Positions 1 to 13,489 of a stretch of DNA of 64,000 nt are shown piece after piece. The translations under genes were made by a program, and so were the position numbers. This DNA comes from Felis catus (lineage: Eukaryota). Location of the stretch: assembly GCF_018350175.1 (NCBI RefSeq), contig NC_058369.1:19470001-19534000 (forward strand), in the 5' to 3' direction. The notes beneath the pieces were generated by a model that was not told where the DNA came from, did no database searches, and saw nothing but the letters and a program-made list of their open reading frames with translations. Within the stretch, counting starts at the first letter, position 1, and every line of letters starts with the position of its first letter.

Positions 1-3000
1 AGTTAGGGGGTACACCCCACACCAAAGGTGGGCACAAGGAGGGATGGGTGCTGGGCAGAGGCCTTGGCTCCAAATAGGTCTGGACTTGTTTCAACCCTCC
101 TTGGATGACCTTGGGAAAAGCCTTTTACAGCCATGTGCCTCATGTTCCCATCTGCAGAATGGGTACCTTCTTAGTACCTTTGTCCTCAGTTGCTAGAATA
201 GGGGCAGAGACTCCCCCCTCCCCCACCCCCCCATCACGGAGAGGGGTTATTTACTCATCTTCCTGAAGCACTGAGGTCTTGGGGAACTCATCTGCCTCCT
301 GGCTCAGCTAATTGGAATTGCTTCCCCCCTCTCCCCTACCTCTCAGTAAATTATGTGAATTCCCCCAGTCAGAGGCCTGGGTGATGGACAGCCCTGTCAC
401 AGCAGCCTAAGTGTTTAGAGAGCAATTGTTCTGGGGAAGGCTGCCATTCCTCAAGCCTGTGCTGTGCAAGGCTCTGCGGGGAGAGCCAGCCTGGCCCTGC
501 CCAGGCCCCAGCCCCTGCTCCACCCCTGCCCAGCCACCGGAGCCTGCTCCGCCTAGCCCACCAAGCACGGGCTTCCGGTACGTTATCCTTGTCATAACAA
601 TCAGAACAGCCGAGAGGTATTGCTCTTAAACCCTCAACACACATTTTTATAACCTTTCTGTTTAATAAGAAAGAGACAGCTCCAATTAGCTGGGAATATT
701 CTGCAGAAATGGGATTATTTTAAAAGCTCCAGCAATATTATAAAATAGCTTCAGTAAGTGAACAGCTGTTGCTGGGCCCCGCCCGCCATGCACAATGCTC
801 TTCCCACACCCTCTCACGGGGGGGGGGGGGCTCTCTCCCCTCTCCAGGCAGCCCAGAGTCCCTAAGAACTCTACTCTGGTTGACAGTCAGGGACCCCTCT
901 ACCCCTTACACCCAGCAGCAGGGTGTAAGCTGTGGGGTGTGGGGCATGACACCCCCTTGTCCTGGGCTGGGGGAGAAGGGTAGTTTGGACCTCCCCCATG
1001 AGGTGGACCATGGCCTTTTAAGAGTCCTGCCTTCTCAAGGAAAGCCTACGTAGGCACACCAACATCATCTCTAAAGGCCTCCAGCCCACCCTATTGCCCT
1101 GTGACCTGTACATATCCTCCACTGTGAAAGGACTCCTATCCTGTCACAGGCCTCCCTGGCCTTTCTATCTATCCAATCAAGGGTGCAGAGCAGGGTTACC
1201 CAGGAACTTCGTTATGGTTACTGTGCATGTTCTGAGTCCACTCTGCCTACACCTGTCCCAGAGCCTGGTGAGCATTTTACCTCAGCCCCCCCACCTCCTC
1301 TTTCTTGGGGCCAATGGCCAACCCCTCTTTGGAGCCTCCTCTATTCCCACCCATAGGCCCCTGCATTCCTTCTGTCCAGAAGCAATCTTCTCCATGTTGC
1401 GCCCACCATAGTTAGCAGCTTTATCGCAACTGTATCCAAAGTCAAGGTCCTGGGGGCCCTGTCCTTTCTCCCTCTTCCCATACCTGCAGGTAAAGCTCTG
1501 CAGAAGGGTTCTCAGCTCCCACCTCCCAACACTCGGGCTGTATTTCATCTATAGCCCCTCCATTGGCAGCCAGCTTCACCTGGGCCACTTTGGGCAGTAG
1601 TCCCATGCCTCCTCCCTGGAGCCAGCTCAGCCTCTGTGAGGAGAAGCTGGGGGTCAGGGACTTTGGGAAGGTTGTAGGTCCTGTTTGGCATGCTTGGCAG
1701 AGGGGCAGAGAGATCTACCTTCCCACTCCCTCTGTCCACTTGCCCCTCAGCCCGCAGTGCTGACACCCTATAGTGCTGGGTTCCCCCAAGACTCAGGCTG
1801 AACAGCAGACAATATTTGAACACGCTTCAGGGAAGGATAGACTTGGAATGGGCCACAGAGTCTGGTTGTATGGTTGGATAACTGAGTCCAACTGAGAGGA
1901 AGCTCCAAGGCTATATTTCTAAGACAGGATGGGAGGCAGGACCCAGGCTGTCTGTGCCAGTTCTGGCATTTAACCTTTGTGGGTGCGAGCACAGGTGGTG
2001 GGATTTGAACTCTCAGCCCTGGTGTGGTGGGATACAATGAGTTCTGCCTCAGTTGCTCAGGTGACCCGATGTAACTCCCTCCCCTCTCTGAGTCAGGAGC
2101 CCTCTGAGGGCGGGACTCCTGGGGCTGAGGTGGGTGATGGGACACTGGGGCAAGCTTCCAGGGAGGGTGGCCTTCTGTGGGTACTCTGGCAGAGCCAGGG
2201 CAAGGGCTGGGCCACAGGCGGCTCTGAGGAATCAGGTCCCCTCCAGGCCTGGCCAGAGAGTGTGGAACCTCAAGGTCCCCCTCGAGGCTACTGGGGAGAG
2301 CAGCTCCATGGCCAAGGGACTACCCAAACAATGGACCCCTCCCAGCACCGTGGCTTTGGCCTCACCGGGTGCAAGTCTCAGGGACACTGCCTGGGGAATG
2401 GGAACAATTTCAGGGCATCCTTGGGAGGAGACCGCAGCCCAGGAACTGCAGCACGATGCAAATGCACCATGTGCTAAATGGGGAAAAATGAATTTTACAC
2501 CCAGACAAAGTGACTTTTATCATGTTAACGACCATGGTTTGCTCATCATGTCTGCCGCAGTGAAATGGGGCCTGTGGATGTTTTTCTTTTAGTTCTGCTT
2601 TTAAATGGAGGCATTTTCCCCCCTCGTAGCAGACAAGCCAAGCCCCTTAGATTGGGATGACAGAAGTGCCGATTCAGCAAAAACAAAATGGAGGAATTTT
2701 TTTTTAATCTTCATCTGTGCCTTCCAGCAAAAATAAGCTCAGAATGAGGAGCTGGGGTGGGTGTGAGGAGCCCTGACCTGGAGACAGGAATATAGCTCTG
2801 GCCCAGCTCACCCCCTAAGTTCCCTGTGTGACCTACCTCACCCATTCCTGACCTCAGTTTGCCCACTGGTACCAGGAAAGAGGTGGGCTGGAGCCGAGGC
2901 GCTTACAGCCAGAGAGCTGCTCTCCCCTGGCCCTCGACCAGGGAACCAAGTCAAATTCATCACGCTGGGTGTGTCTGGGTCCAGAACTGCCTATTCCATT

Positions 3001-3969
3001 AGACCAACTCCCAGAGGGCAGGCCAGGGTGGAGTTATCACTGAGTCAGTGGTGCCCCCAGTGGCCAATACAAGGCTCTGCATGGAAGGGACACATGTTTG
3101 CTGCCAGAGCCAAGGCTACTTCCCTGACATCTGCAATAAGTGTCCAAGAGAAGACTCCTTTAACCAAGTCCCCCAGAGTCCCTCCCAGCTGTGTACCCCG
3201 CACATTTCATTGACACATGGCAACTCCATATTGTGCTCATCAAGAGTCAGGAAAACACCATCTGATGCTTTGTACAGCTGCCCAGCCCAGCACCCAGCTC
3301 CCCAGGAGGAGCCTGTGCTGTGCCCAGTGGGGGAGTGCTCAGCTAAGGCAAATGAAGAGGTCTTTGGGGCTGGCATATCTGGGAAACCTCTGCCCTGACA
3401 CCATGCAGTACTGCTCTGGAAGGCTGTGTCCAGGTCAGGCAGGCAGGGCACTTGATGAGCAGAGATCAGCAGACAATTAGCCAGCCCCAGAGGAGGTAAT
3501 TAATCAATGTCCGAAGCCTTCCGTCTGGGTCTGCTGTGATCTCTGCCAAGCCGGTGCCCTGGTGGAAGTCAGGGCCTGGGCTAGGGTGACAGGGCTGGAC
3601 TCCGTTGCTGTCAGCACCCCCATTGCCAGCACAAACACCATCACCAACACTGCCTCCAGCAGCTCAGTGTTGCTCTCACCCTCATGATAGCATCAACAGC
3701 CAGCCAGGGACTTGCTGTTCCCATCCCCATCCATACTCACCAGTGCTTATGCCTCTGGACTCAAGATGCTTTCACACTGCCCCTTCATTTGCTTCTCACC
3801 AGTCCCAAAAGATACACAGGTGGCTCGCTAGTGGGGAGACTGAGGCATAGAGAAGTGAAGGGCCAGGGTGTGAACCTGGCCTCCTGGCATACAGCCTACC
3901 ATCACTGCCATCCCTCCCCTCCCCTCTCCCAGTTCCACCTGCTCTCAGAGCACATACCTTCTTCCCATA

Positions 3970-4340
3970 CTAGTCAGGATAGTCTCAGTTAGGCTACAGT
4001 AACAACTCTAAAATCTTAGTGGCTTCAAATAATGAATGTTTCTTTCTTTGTGCAGCTATGTGTCCTTCACAGGTAACCAAGGCTCTGCCCTATGTCATCC
4101 TCACACTGAGACCAGGCTGGCCAAATAGCCAAAGTCTGGAGAAGGGGAACAGGGCCCTGAAAGGTCTCACACCAGCAATTAACTGCTCTGGCCTGGAAGT
4201 GTGGCCTCTGTTCATCATCACTCATTAGCCAGAACCAGACACGCAGCCCCACTTGACCACCAGGGGGCAGGGAGGGGCAACTCTACCTTTAGCCTGGAAG
4301 CAGGGAGAACTTGAATTTGCCAACTGCCAACAGTGGCTAT
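3970..4340. mobile_element. Old MLT1-type (ERVL-MaLR) LTR fragment
   Basis: Begins 'agtcaggatagtctcagttaggctacagtaacaac...cttagtggctt', resembling MLT1 LTR termini as I recall them. Boundaries approximate. Confidence 0.5.
4254..4272 (+). promoter_or_regulatory. CTCF motif (forward)
   Basis: TGACCACCAGGGGGCAGGG matches the core consensus TGRCCASYAGRKGGCR. Confidence 0.6.
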
Positions 4341-4899
4341 GTGATTCCCCCTTCCTTTTCTCCCTCTCTTCACCTCCCAGACCCGTGCGCCCAAATTCTC
4401 CAGCTGCTGGCCCAGCAGGACTTCGAGGGTTGAGATGCAGTTTCCTCAGTTCCTCTGGGATCACACATTGGGCTTCCTGTTTCAGGAAAAGAAGCCCCCC
4501 CTAGGGGATGAGGCTGGGTGAGTCAAGAGGTCCTGGGAGCCTGTCCTGTCTTGGTGGAGGCTTGTGGAAAGGTGGGGAGGGTCTGTGCTGGGCTTCCGGC
4601 CGTGACTGGCCATCGGTGTGGTGACGGTTGGGATGCAAGAGGCTGAGGCAGAGATCAGCCAATAGAAGTCTCTTGGGGATTCTGAAAGGTAGAGGATGGG
4701 CCAGATATGGGTGGGATTCTCCATATAGAGGCCACGACAGAGGAGAATGATGAATGAGGTGGCAGAGAGGTGTCCAGCAGCTCTGGGTAACCAGCCAGCT
4801 GGCTAGTTTTGGGCTGTGAGTCTCATGGTCTATGCAGGCATTTATAAGGCACCATCTGGGGCATCCCAGTTATACACACTGCTCCTCCAAACCTCTAAC

Positions 4900-5045
4900 C
4901 TCAGCCACTTGCAAACTGTTAACCTTGGACAAGTCAGTTAATCTTGCTGCACCTGAGTTTCCACTCATGGAGAAAGGAGGTGTTTCTGCCTGTCTCCTCG
5001 CACAGGGAAAGGCTGGTCATAGGATCTGTCTGTCCCTCCTGGCCT
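4900..5045 (+). repeat. 146-bp direct repeat, copy 1 (MIR-like content)
   Basis: Identical to 7136-7281 except for 3 substitutions. Confidence 0.95.
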
Positions 5046-7135
5046 CCCAAGGGGCCAGGCCGCAGGAGAAAATCTGAGATTAAAGATTGGAGGGGAAAGG
5101 GGCTGCTTGGGGGCTCTGGGTACTGGCTCTGAAATTCTGGGATTCAGCCCCAGGGCCCCACATTCCCAATTTAGTGTTCATTTTGCTCCACCACCACGCA
5201 CCAGGGTCCAAGGTGAGTGATGAGGTGGCAGGATGGGGAAAGTCTGCATCCAGGTGAGGCCATATCTGGTTCTCCTGGTGCTAGGGTGCCTGTGCCAGGG
5301 CAAATGTAGCTCTTCCCACATCATCCATCGCTGGGCCACGGAAGGCTGGTTATGATCAATAAAACAAACAATTATCCTGTCATTACTGATTGTGAGTCTG
5401 GGGCAGAAGCAGCAGCTGAAGGGGGAGCACTTGGGGTGTGGGGGAGCTCCTGATGAGGACAGCCCACACCTGGGGTGTTGGCCAAGGTTGGGGGCTGCCG
5501 CGGATGAGAATAGTGGAGACTGCCAGGCAAGGCTGCCCAGGAATAGGGGGCAGGGCCCAACAAAGCAGGAAGGACTAAGCTCTGTCTGAAGGAGGTGGGA
5601 GGCAGGCCAGTCCCCACCCAGCTGGGGGAGGAGGCAGCTCTGAATGGGCTGGCTGGTCCCACCCTCTTACCCACTCCCCTCCTGCTGGTGTCTCTCCCCT
5701 CACCAGCAGCCTAAACTTGGGAAAGGGGATACATCAGGGAAGGTAGTAATTATGAGCAATCCCAGCCACAAATTAATCCCATCCTCTGCCTGCCTATCCC
5801 ACCTCCCACATCTTGGGATCCCCAAACACTCAGACAAAATAATCTTGTCACCGCTGCCCCTGAGGGCATGTCGTCTTGGTTTCCCAGGCAGGGGAGTCTC
5901 TAAGGCAGTGGGTACAGGTCTGGCTGTGGGGAGGTGGGTGGGGGTAGGGAGCAACTGCCACTCTGGAACCTGGGTCCCAGTTCTGGAGAGTGAGAGCTGC
6001 TCAGCTCCTGGCCTGGAAACGGAGGACCTGCTCTCCAAGCCCCTTGGAGGGTGGGACCAGCCCAAGGGCTGCTGAGTCAGCCAGGGCTGCAGAGCCACAG
6101 CCACCGCAACCCCTCAGTTCTGTTTCCTGTCCTATTCCAGCCCCACGGAGGGGAAATCTCTCTCTATCAGAGGGAAGGGACGAAAGGAGAAGTGATTTAT
6201 TATTCTATTCCATTATGCCTGTTTCCAGAGAAACTAATTATGGTGCATTGTTGTATTAGATACTTTCAGAAAGATTACATTTTCTTACTTTGGCCGATAA
6301 AAAAATTAAATCCATCAGTTTTCCTAAACACATTACAGTAAAGACAGACTTGCTCCTTGTAATTATTAATCAGTCGGATTTGAGGATGCAAAGCGTTTGA
6401 CTTAAGCTCAATACAGTCACGAACAATGTCCCAGGATCGCATTTGGTATTGAAACAATTTTTCAATTTATTAAAAAGTCATTAAGGCAGTTGAGGTGGGA
6501 GGTGCAGGGAGCTGGGCTAAGCCGCTGAGTCAGGGTTGTGGATCTGGCAGTGACGGTAGGCAAGGGGACCTCTGCAAGCAGGAGGAGACCCCAGGTCTGT
6601 CTCACTCTTAAGTCCAACTGTATCCAAGGGGCCTGTTCAAGGTGAAACGAGACCTTAAAAGTCAGTTCTTGCCCCCTCCCCAGCAACCCCACCCTATGCC
6701 TATCCAGCTGTCCAGAGTCTGCCCCATCCAGACTGAGCTCCATAGGACAGAGCAGTGGGAGTAAAAGGTCCCTCGGGGGACAATTTGACATACTGAGCCT
6801 GAGCCCACTTTGCAGTGGTCCTGCACAAACAGCTGAGAGTCCACCTGACTCCCCCACCTCTGGCAGGGAGACCAGCCCCTCCTCCCAGCTCAGGCTTTCA
6901 GAGCCCCCAGCTGAGGACATGTGGCTCTTTGGAAGGACACCTGGTGTGGCCGGGTGCCTTGTTCCAGTCACTGGCCCTGCTCACTCAATCATTTAATTAC
7001 TCCTCTGACACTTCCTACTCCCACGAGGGATTTGCAGGGGTTTAAGAGGCTGGCAAGCTACAAGCCCAGCTTAGCCTGTGTCCTGGCTGGGATGGGAGCT
7101 GAGGGGCCTCAGTAGGACCTACGATCAAGTCACGG

Positions 7136-7281
7136 CTCAGCCACTTGCAAACTGTTAACCTTGGACAAGTCAGTTAATCTTGCTGCACCTGAGTTTCCAC
7201 TCATGGAGAAAGGAGGTGTTTCTGCCTGTCTCCTCACACAGGGAAAGGCTGGTCATAGGATCTTTCTGCCCCTCCTGGCCT
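7136..7281 (+). repeat. 146-bp direct repeat, copy 2
   Basis: Offset 2236 bp from copy 1, no indels. The ORF track shows the same peptide at 4944 and 7180. Confidence 0.95.
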
Positions 7282-10200
7282 AGAATTCTGCCATGTCACC
7301 ACCCTGCCCCTCTGCCATCAAGGCAAAGTCCTGGCTACTCCCTCAGGGGCCACTTTACCTATGTTGTTCCCTCTGACTAGAATCCCTGCCCTCTCCCATG
7401 GGTCTTCCTTCTAGAGAATTCCACCCACTCCTCTTTCAAGCCTCTGCTTTAAAGATATTCTCTAAATCTGAACAGGACCTTTAGATGTTCCCATGGCCTC
7501 TGGGCTGTTCCCTTTTATCGCACAGAGTCTTGTCTGCCCCCATTAAGCATGGACCCCCAGAGTCAAATCCTGTTCCTGACCTCCACCAGCAAAGACCTTA
7601 TGCCCTTCCTCCACCTGAGACTGACCCTAATCTGGCCTGAGACCTTGCTGGACTGAGCTGGCTATTCTTTCTGGGGCTGTATTGGGAGGGTCTAGGATCC
7701 CAGAGCCAGAGGATCAGACAGTGCTCGGCCCTCATATGTTCTCTTGATCCAGTGCTGAGAGACCCTATGCAGTAGCAAGACCTTTCAGCCCTACCCCACC
7801 CCAGTGCTCTACTCTGGATGTGTTGCCAGGGAAGGAAGACACAACCCAACTCACAGGATGCCCCATACCCACCAAGAAACCCAGGATGAGGCAGGGGCTG
7901 GGACCAGAACTTACACTGCCACCAACTTCTGGGTTACCTTGATTAGTTCCGTCTCTATGTGCTTCAGTTTTCCCCCACCATGTTAGCTGAACAGGAATGG
8001 CACTGGGAATTAAATATCTGAATGGAGGGAAGACTCCAGGATAGCAAGGACCTGGGAGCAAGGACTGGGGGTTGAGCATTTGCATAATTGGGGGTGACTG
8101 GTGGGATTGAGGCTGGACCTGAGGCACAGGGCTGGATTCCAGGCTTGCCTGGCTCCCTACTGTCAGAGCTCACAAGGCCACAGAGAAGGATCTCTGGTGC
8201 CGGGCACCCTGCCCCCCTCCCTACACCTCTCACCTGCGGGCAGGTGGAATTGAGCGTGTTCCAGACACTCCATTTCCTGGGAATTTATGGAGGATTTTAT
8301 CTTCCCTCTTTGATCACCGGTGAGGGGAAGGAGAGGGCACGTTTGGCTCCCTCCTCTCCAGAGGGGCAAGGAACAGCAGCCTGGCCACCCTCAAGCTTGG
8401 AAAATACTGTCTGAATCCCACCTCAGCAACCCCCCTTCCACCTATGGGGCCTTGTCAGGGCCCGGCGAGTATGGGGAGGGGATGGCAGCCATTTAAGCTG
8501 TCACTAGCTCCATCAGAGGATTTAAATCACTGACAAAGAGTAACAGCGCTGTAGATTACAGCACGTGAGCCACGCGGGCACAGCATGGCAGAGGCAGAGG
8601 AGGGGTGAGAGGGGAGTAAGGAGGTACAGGCCAAGAGAGGCATAGCTCTGGCACTTCAGTGGTGGTGGGGGGGGCTCTCTGCAGCTGAGGCTGCCTGCCC
8701 TTCCACTCAAACTAGCCCCCCACAGAAGCCTCCACACCTCTGGGCTGCTCCTGGGCCCCTCCCCAGGTGGAAGATCCATTCTTTGTTCCCTCCAGATAAT
8801 GGCTGAGACCATGGCTGATGTCTCTCCCAGATTCTCCATGGACCTTGCATCCACAGCCATGGGCACCTCTGTGAGTGGGTGAGGACAGGAGGGGGGCTGG
8901 GGGCACCTGGCAGGGAGCCTGCCTGCTCCTGCTCACAGGCGCCCAGCCATTGTCTCTGATTGCATGGTATTAGCCGTAAATTACAGCCTTTGGGAGGCCG
9001 CATGTAAAAATAAAATAAAATAAGTGTCAAAAGACAGAGAAAATATTGATTCTTCAGGGAGAAGAAAAGATGGCTTGGTTAAATTAAAACTTTGAGAGGA
9101 AAGCGAGTGTGGGAAGATGGTCCCCAGGACTGGAGAGCAGCCTGGGGCATGGTGGAGGTAGCCAGGCAGACCATGATTCAGTTGGTCAACAAACACACTG
9201 GTCCTGAAATCCTGGCCTGTTCAGGCCAATGTGGAGGAGACACAGGAAGGATGTGACACCACTCACTGAGGAGACAACAGACCCATGAGACTCACCAGGA
9301 GGGACCCTGGACAGGGACTCAAAGGCTGCAGTTTGGCTCTGGCTGGGGCCTGGGTGGGTTGTGGGAGCTCTCCATGGTGCTGATGGTCATATGCTAGGGA
9401 AGAGGATTCCCTGATCCTGCCCTCCCAGCCCAGGGAGAATTCCACACTCACCCCTTCTCTGCCTGAGTCTGGGACCTGGAGGGGGCCCACATTAGAGCCC
9501 AGTTTTCCCACCCATCTATTTCCCGCTCCACAAACACTCATCTTCTTGTCCCTCTTCCTTTCCTCTCCCACTGAGAAAGATGGGGAGATTTCCCAAGACT
9601 GACTCAATGGGGGCAGAAACAATGGAAAGACATTCTGGAGGACTGACAATGGCCCTCACTGCTTGGGACAGATGGACCATATCCACAATTATGTTTCCAT
9701 ACAGATGGCATTTCCCTTTGGGGTCTGATATAGATACCAGAACTACAGCATCTTGAGGCCAAGGCCAGGTATTCAGCATCCTTGCACTCCTCGGCCTGTG
9801 GGGTTGGGCTGAGGCAGAGAGGATGCTTAGAGCATGGAGAATGTCAGGCCCAAAGATACAGACAGGAGCCCTTAGAAGTGTTGACTGACAAGGGCTGAAG
9901 TGATAGAAAGTGTCCCTCACCACCTGCAGGTCGCCTAGAGCTCTACCGGGCCCCTTTGAAGGGACCAGGAGAATTCTGAGGCTGCAGCTATTTTTCTAGA
10001 GGCTCCTGGGCTTCTGATTGGGGGACTCATTTATTTCTTCAATAAGCAAAATGCATTAAAAGGACACTCCACTCCCAGCAATAGCCTCTGGGTCCTTCAC
10101 TCACTCCCCATAGCCACGGGCGGAGGGAAGCTCTAAGTTAGCCCTGCCAGGCTCCCTTTCCTGTAATGAAGGAGGTCACAGCAGGGACATCTGTAAGGTG

Positions 10201-11954
10201 CTTGCCATGAAGGAACAATGATCTGAGCACAGCAAGGGCTGTGTAGCTGTCTCTTGCCAGAGATAGGGAAGGAATTCTTGGGCGTGAGACACCTTGTCAC
10301 CAGGGGCACCTGCCTGAACCTCTCCCCTTTCCTTCACCTACAGGCTCTGGCCCCACTCACCTAGCTGTTCCCACTTTTCAAGCTTACTGCCCTCAAAGTG
10401 TGGCAGGAAGGGGCACTGGAACAGGTCGGCTGGATAGGTCCTGGCATGGCCTGCAGTGTAGTGCCTGCCCTTATCAGCAAGTGGGTCCTTGCTTGGGAAC
10501 ACCCTCTCTGATGAAGGTGCCCACATGATGTCAGGCATCTGGATGAAAGATGCCTGCCTTCCTGAAGTGGGGAGGTGGGTGGGGCCAGAGCCAGAGCAAC
10601 CTCTGGTGCCAGGAACCTCTACTCACCTTCCTGCTCAGTAGCCCTGAGGCTGGTCATGTTTTATTCTCCACTGGCACTCAAGGCCAAAGTCTGGCCCTGG
10701 CTTCCTCTTGCCACTTGGGCTCCCTGACCCTGCATCCCATGCACAGCTGCCCCGGATGCCCACATGGATGACAACTGCAGGACTCAGGAAGTACCTGGGG
10801 TGGGCGACTCTCTGAGGACCCTACAGGGATCTGACCTAAAAGCCCTCTCCTCAGTACCTAAATCTCCTTGACACATCGAACCACCTCCAGTGTCTTTGAA
10901 CCTATCCTCCCCTCCCCATAGTTTGGCCCCCAGGGCAGCCTTTCCCCTCATCCCTCCTTCCTCAGCTTCCCTCACTCCAGTGCCTCTTTGAGTCCCCTCC
11001 TGTTTACCTCCTCCCCACTCTGAACCCCTCCCCTGCCCAGCCTAGGGGCCATGCTGGCTGATTTCACCTTGAAGCTCCCTTATCACAGTATCCATCTCCT
11101 GCTCAGCCTTAGCTAGAGCAAAATTGTTTTCTTTGTGCTTGCCCTGAGCAGTGGGGCCAGAGTGAGTGTGGGGGTGGGATTGGGCTATGGTGGACAGAAA
11201 TTCAAGTCCTAATATCCAAGGGTCTCCTCTGCCCCCTCTTCTGGCACGTGATCCTATCCCTATTCCCCAACCCCTGGGCCAAGCACAGGCGTAGATCACC
11301 CTAATTTGCTGTTCATGCCCACACTCACTCCTTTCATCCTGGGCTGAGCTGACTTAGCAGACACTTGGATTGCCCTCTCCCCTGTGTGAACATGCTTCCC
11401 CCACCCCATGGGTTAGGATGCACACAAGCACATGCTCACATTTCTTTGGACTCCCATTTTGCATTTGTGCTCCCCCTAGGCATGCACATACTCCCCCCGC
11501 CCAAACATGTACCCACGTGTGTGCATACGCCTAATAGAGACACCTCCAGATCAGAGCCCAGAGAAGCCCAAGAAAGTTCCATTTTCTTGACCCAGTCAAG
11601 ACACCCTATTGTACAAATGGGAACGCAGAGGCTCACAAGGGTGAAATGGAAGCGGGCATCCTGGGTGGGAGGTAGGGCTGCAAAGTCCCAAGGAGAGGTT
11701 AGGGTTAGGAGCCCACCTGGTTTCCCTACTGCCTTCAAGACAAGCCTCTCTGCTGGGCTATTCACCTGGGCACATTCTCTCTCCAGCTTTTATTCCTCCC
11801 CAGAGCAATCAAGATCGCAGTGCTGCCCTAGGGTGTTTCAGTCCCCCATGTCCCTCCACCCCTACCACCCACCCTTTCCTCTCTGTCCCTTCCTTTCTAT
11901 CCCTCGCCACCTCCCCATCAGGAAAATCATCTCAGACCCCAGCCATGGTCTGGA

Positions 11955-12110
11955 GTCCCAGCTCCAGGATCCTGCTATGTGACCTCAGGCAGGTCATCTC
12001 ACCTCTCTGAGTTTCCATTTCTTCACAAATGGGGACGATAACAGAGCTGACCTCACAACCTCACAAGATCTTATGAAGCTGAAAGACTTACCTGGAAAGG
12101 ACTTAGAACA
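11955..12110 (+). mobile_element. MIR SINE (one of many; similar copies near 15255, 31235, 54690, 57060, 60500)
   Basis: 'tgtgacctcaggcaggtca...ctctctgagtttccatttcttcacaaatggggacgataa' resembles the MIR core. Confidence 0.6.
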
Positions 12111-12841
12111 GGGAACAGGTATATTACATTATACCAGCATAATAGTAACAGCAATGGTAATAATAAAGCTGCTGCCCTTCCTGCATCCCCAACCCTGGCC
12201 CCACCCTTAAGGATAATTTCTGTATCAAACTTCTTGCAAGAGTTGCCTGCACCCCAGCCACTACTTCTTCTCTACGCACATACTCCTACACGTGTGTGTC
12301 CACCCATGGGGGTGCGCTCCCCCAAATTCACATTCATATCTAGTACTCTCACATGCTCACACACACACACACACAAATGGTAAACAGAATATAATTCATT
12401 TGTAAAGGAGACTTCAGTCGTGCCATCCATCTTAAACTAAAATCCAATATTTCCCGGCGCAGCCCGCCGGGTCTTGATGAATGGAGAGGACAAAGGCTCC
12501 GACCCACACTCCCTGCTCTCTGGCACATCTAAACGCCAGCCACGAGGGGCCAAGTGGGGCTGGAGGGGTAGGGCAGCAGTCCAGCCATCCTGAAAGGGGT
12601 CTTCTAACAGTCTAGCAGCCCAGGTAAGGCCAGAGCAGGAACTCCTCTGCATCTGTCTCCCATCTGTAGCCTCCCAGAGGTTCAGGTGATTCCTCTCTGA
12701 TGCTGTATTTTTTCTGGGCCTTTTGGGCCTGTGCATCCTGACTAGGGGATGGGCTGAGCCTCTCCAACTGCCTAGATGCCAGTCCCCACTCAATTCCATT
12801 TCTCTGTCCCCAGCCTCTTCACTCTCTCAGCTACCCCTTCT

Positions 12842-13060
12842 TCTTTTTTTTAAACGTTTATGTATTTTTGAGAGAGAGAGAAGAGACAGAGTGCAAGTAG
12901 GAGAGAGGGGCAGAGAGAGAGGGAGACACAGAACCTGAAGCAGGCTCCAGGCCCTGAGCTGTCAGCACAGGGCCTGATGTGGGGCTTGAACCCATGGACC
13001 GTGAGATCATGACCTGAGCCGAAGTCAGATGCTTAACCAACTGAGCCACCCAGGTGCCCC
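12842..13060 (-). mobile_element. CanSINE (SINEC_Fc type)
   Basis: tRNA-derived head, (CT)n region and A-rich tail. 17-bp TSD TCTCAGCTACCCCTTCT at 12825-12841 and 13061-13077. Confidence 0.95.
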
Positions 13061-13489
13061 TCTCAGCTACCCCTTCTGAAACAAGTTCCCCTGTCCCTGC
13101 CTGCACTCCACTCCCTTAGAGCCTGAGGCCACTTCTCGAGTACCCCTGGCCTCTGCTAAGATGTTCCACACCCTAGATCACCATTCCTTCCCTTCTTAAC
13201 CTGAGGAGCTCCTCTGCACCATTCAAGGCCCGGCTCAAATGCCCTTCTCCCAGGAAGCCAGCCCTGACCCTCCTGGAAACAAACGAGTCCCAGCCAGTCA
13301 AGGTGACTACGGCCATGCGGCTGGACACGGTGAGGGAGGACAGAGCATCTGTCTGGGGCCCCACCACGTAGGCCCCTGCAGGCCAAGGAGGGGGCTAAGA
13401 TGCAACACAGGCAATGGGGATCCATGCAAGGGATTAAGGGGAAACAGCGTGGCCAACTGAAGCTCCTGGGTGTGGTCCTTTCCTGACGG

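Noticed and set aside
11365..11982. 205-aa ORF
   Set aside because: TTG start, crosses MIR-like sequence, no protein-like motifs.
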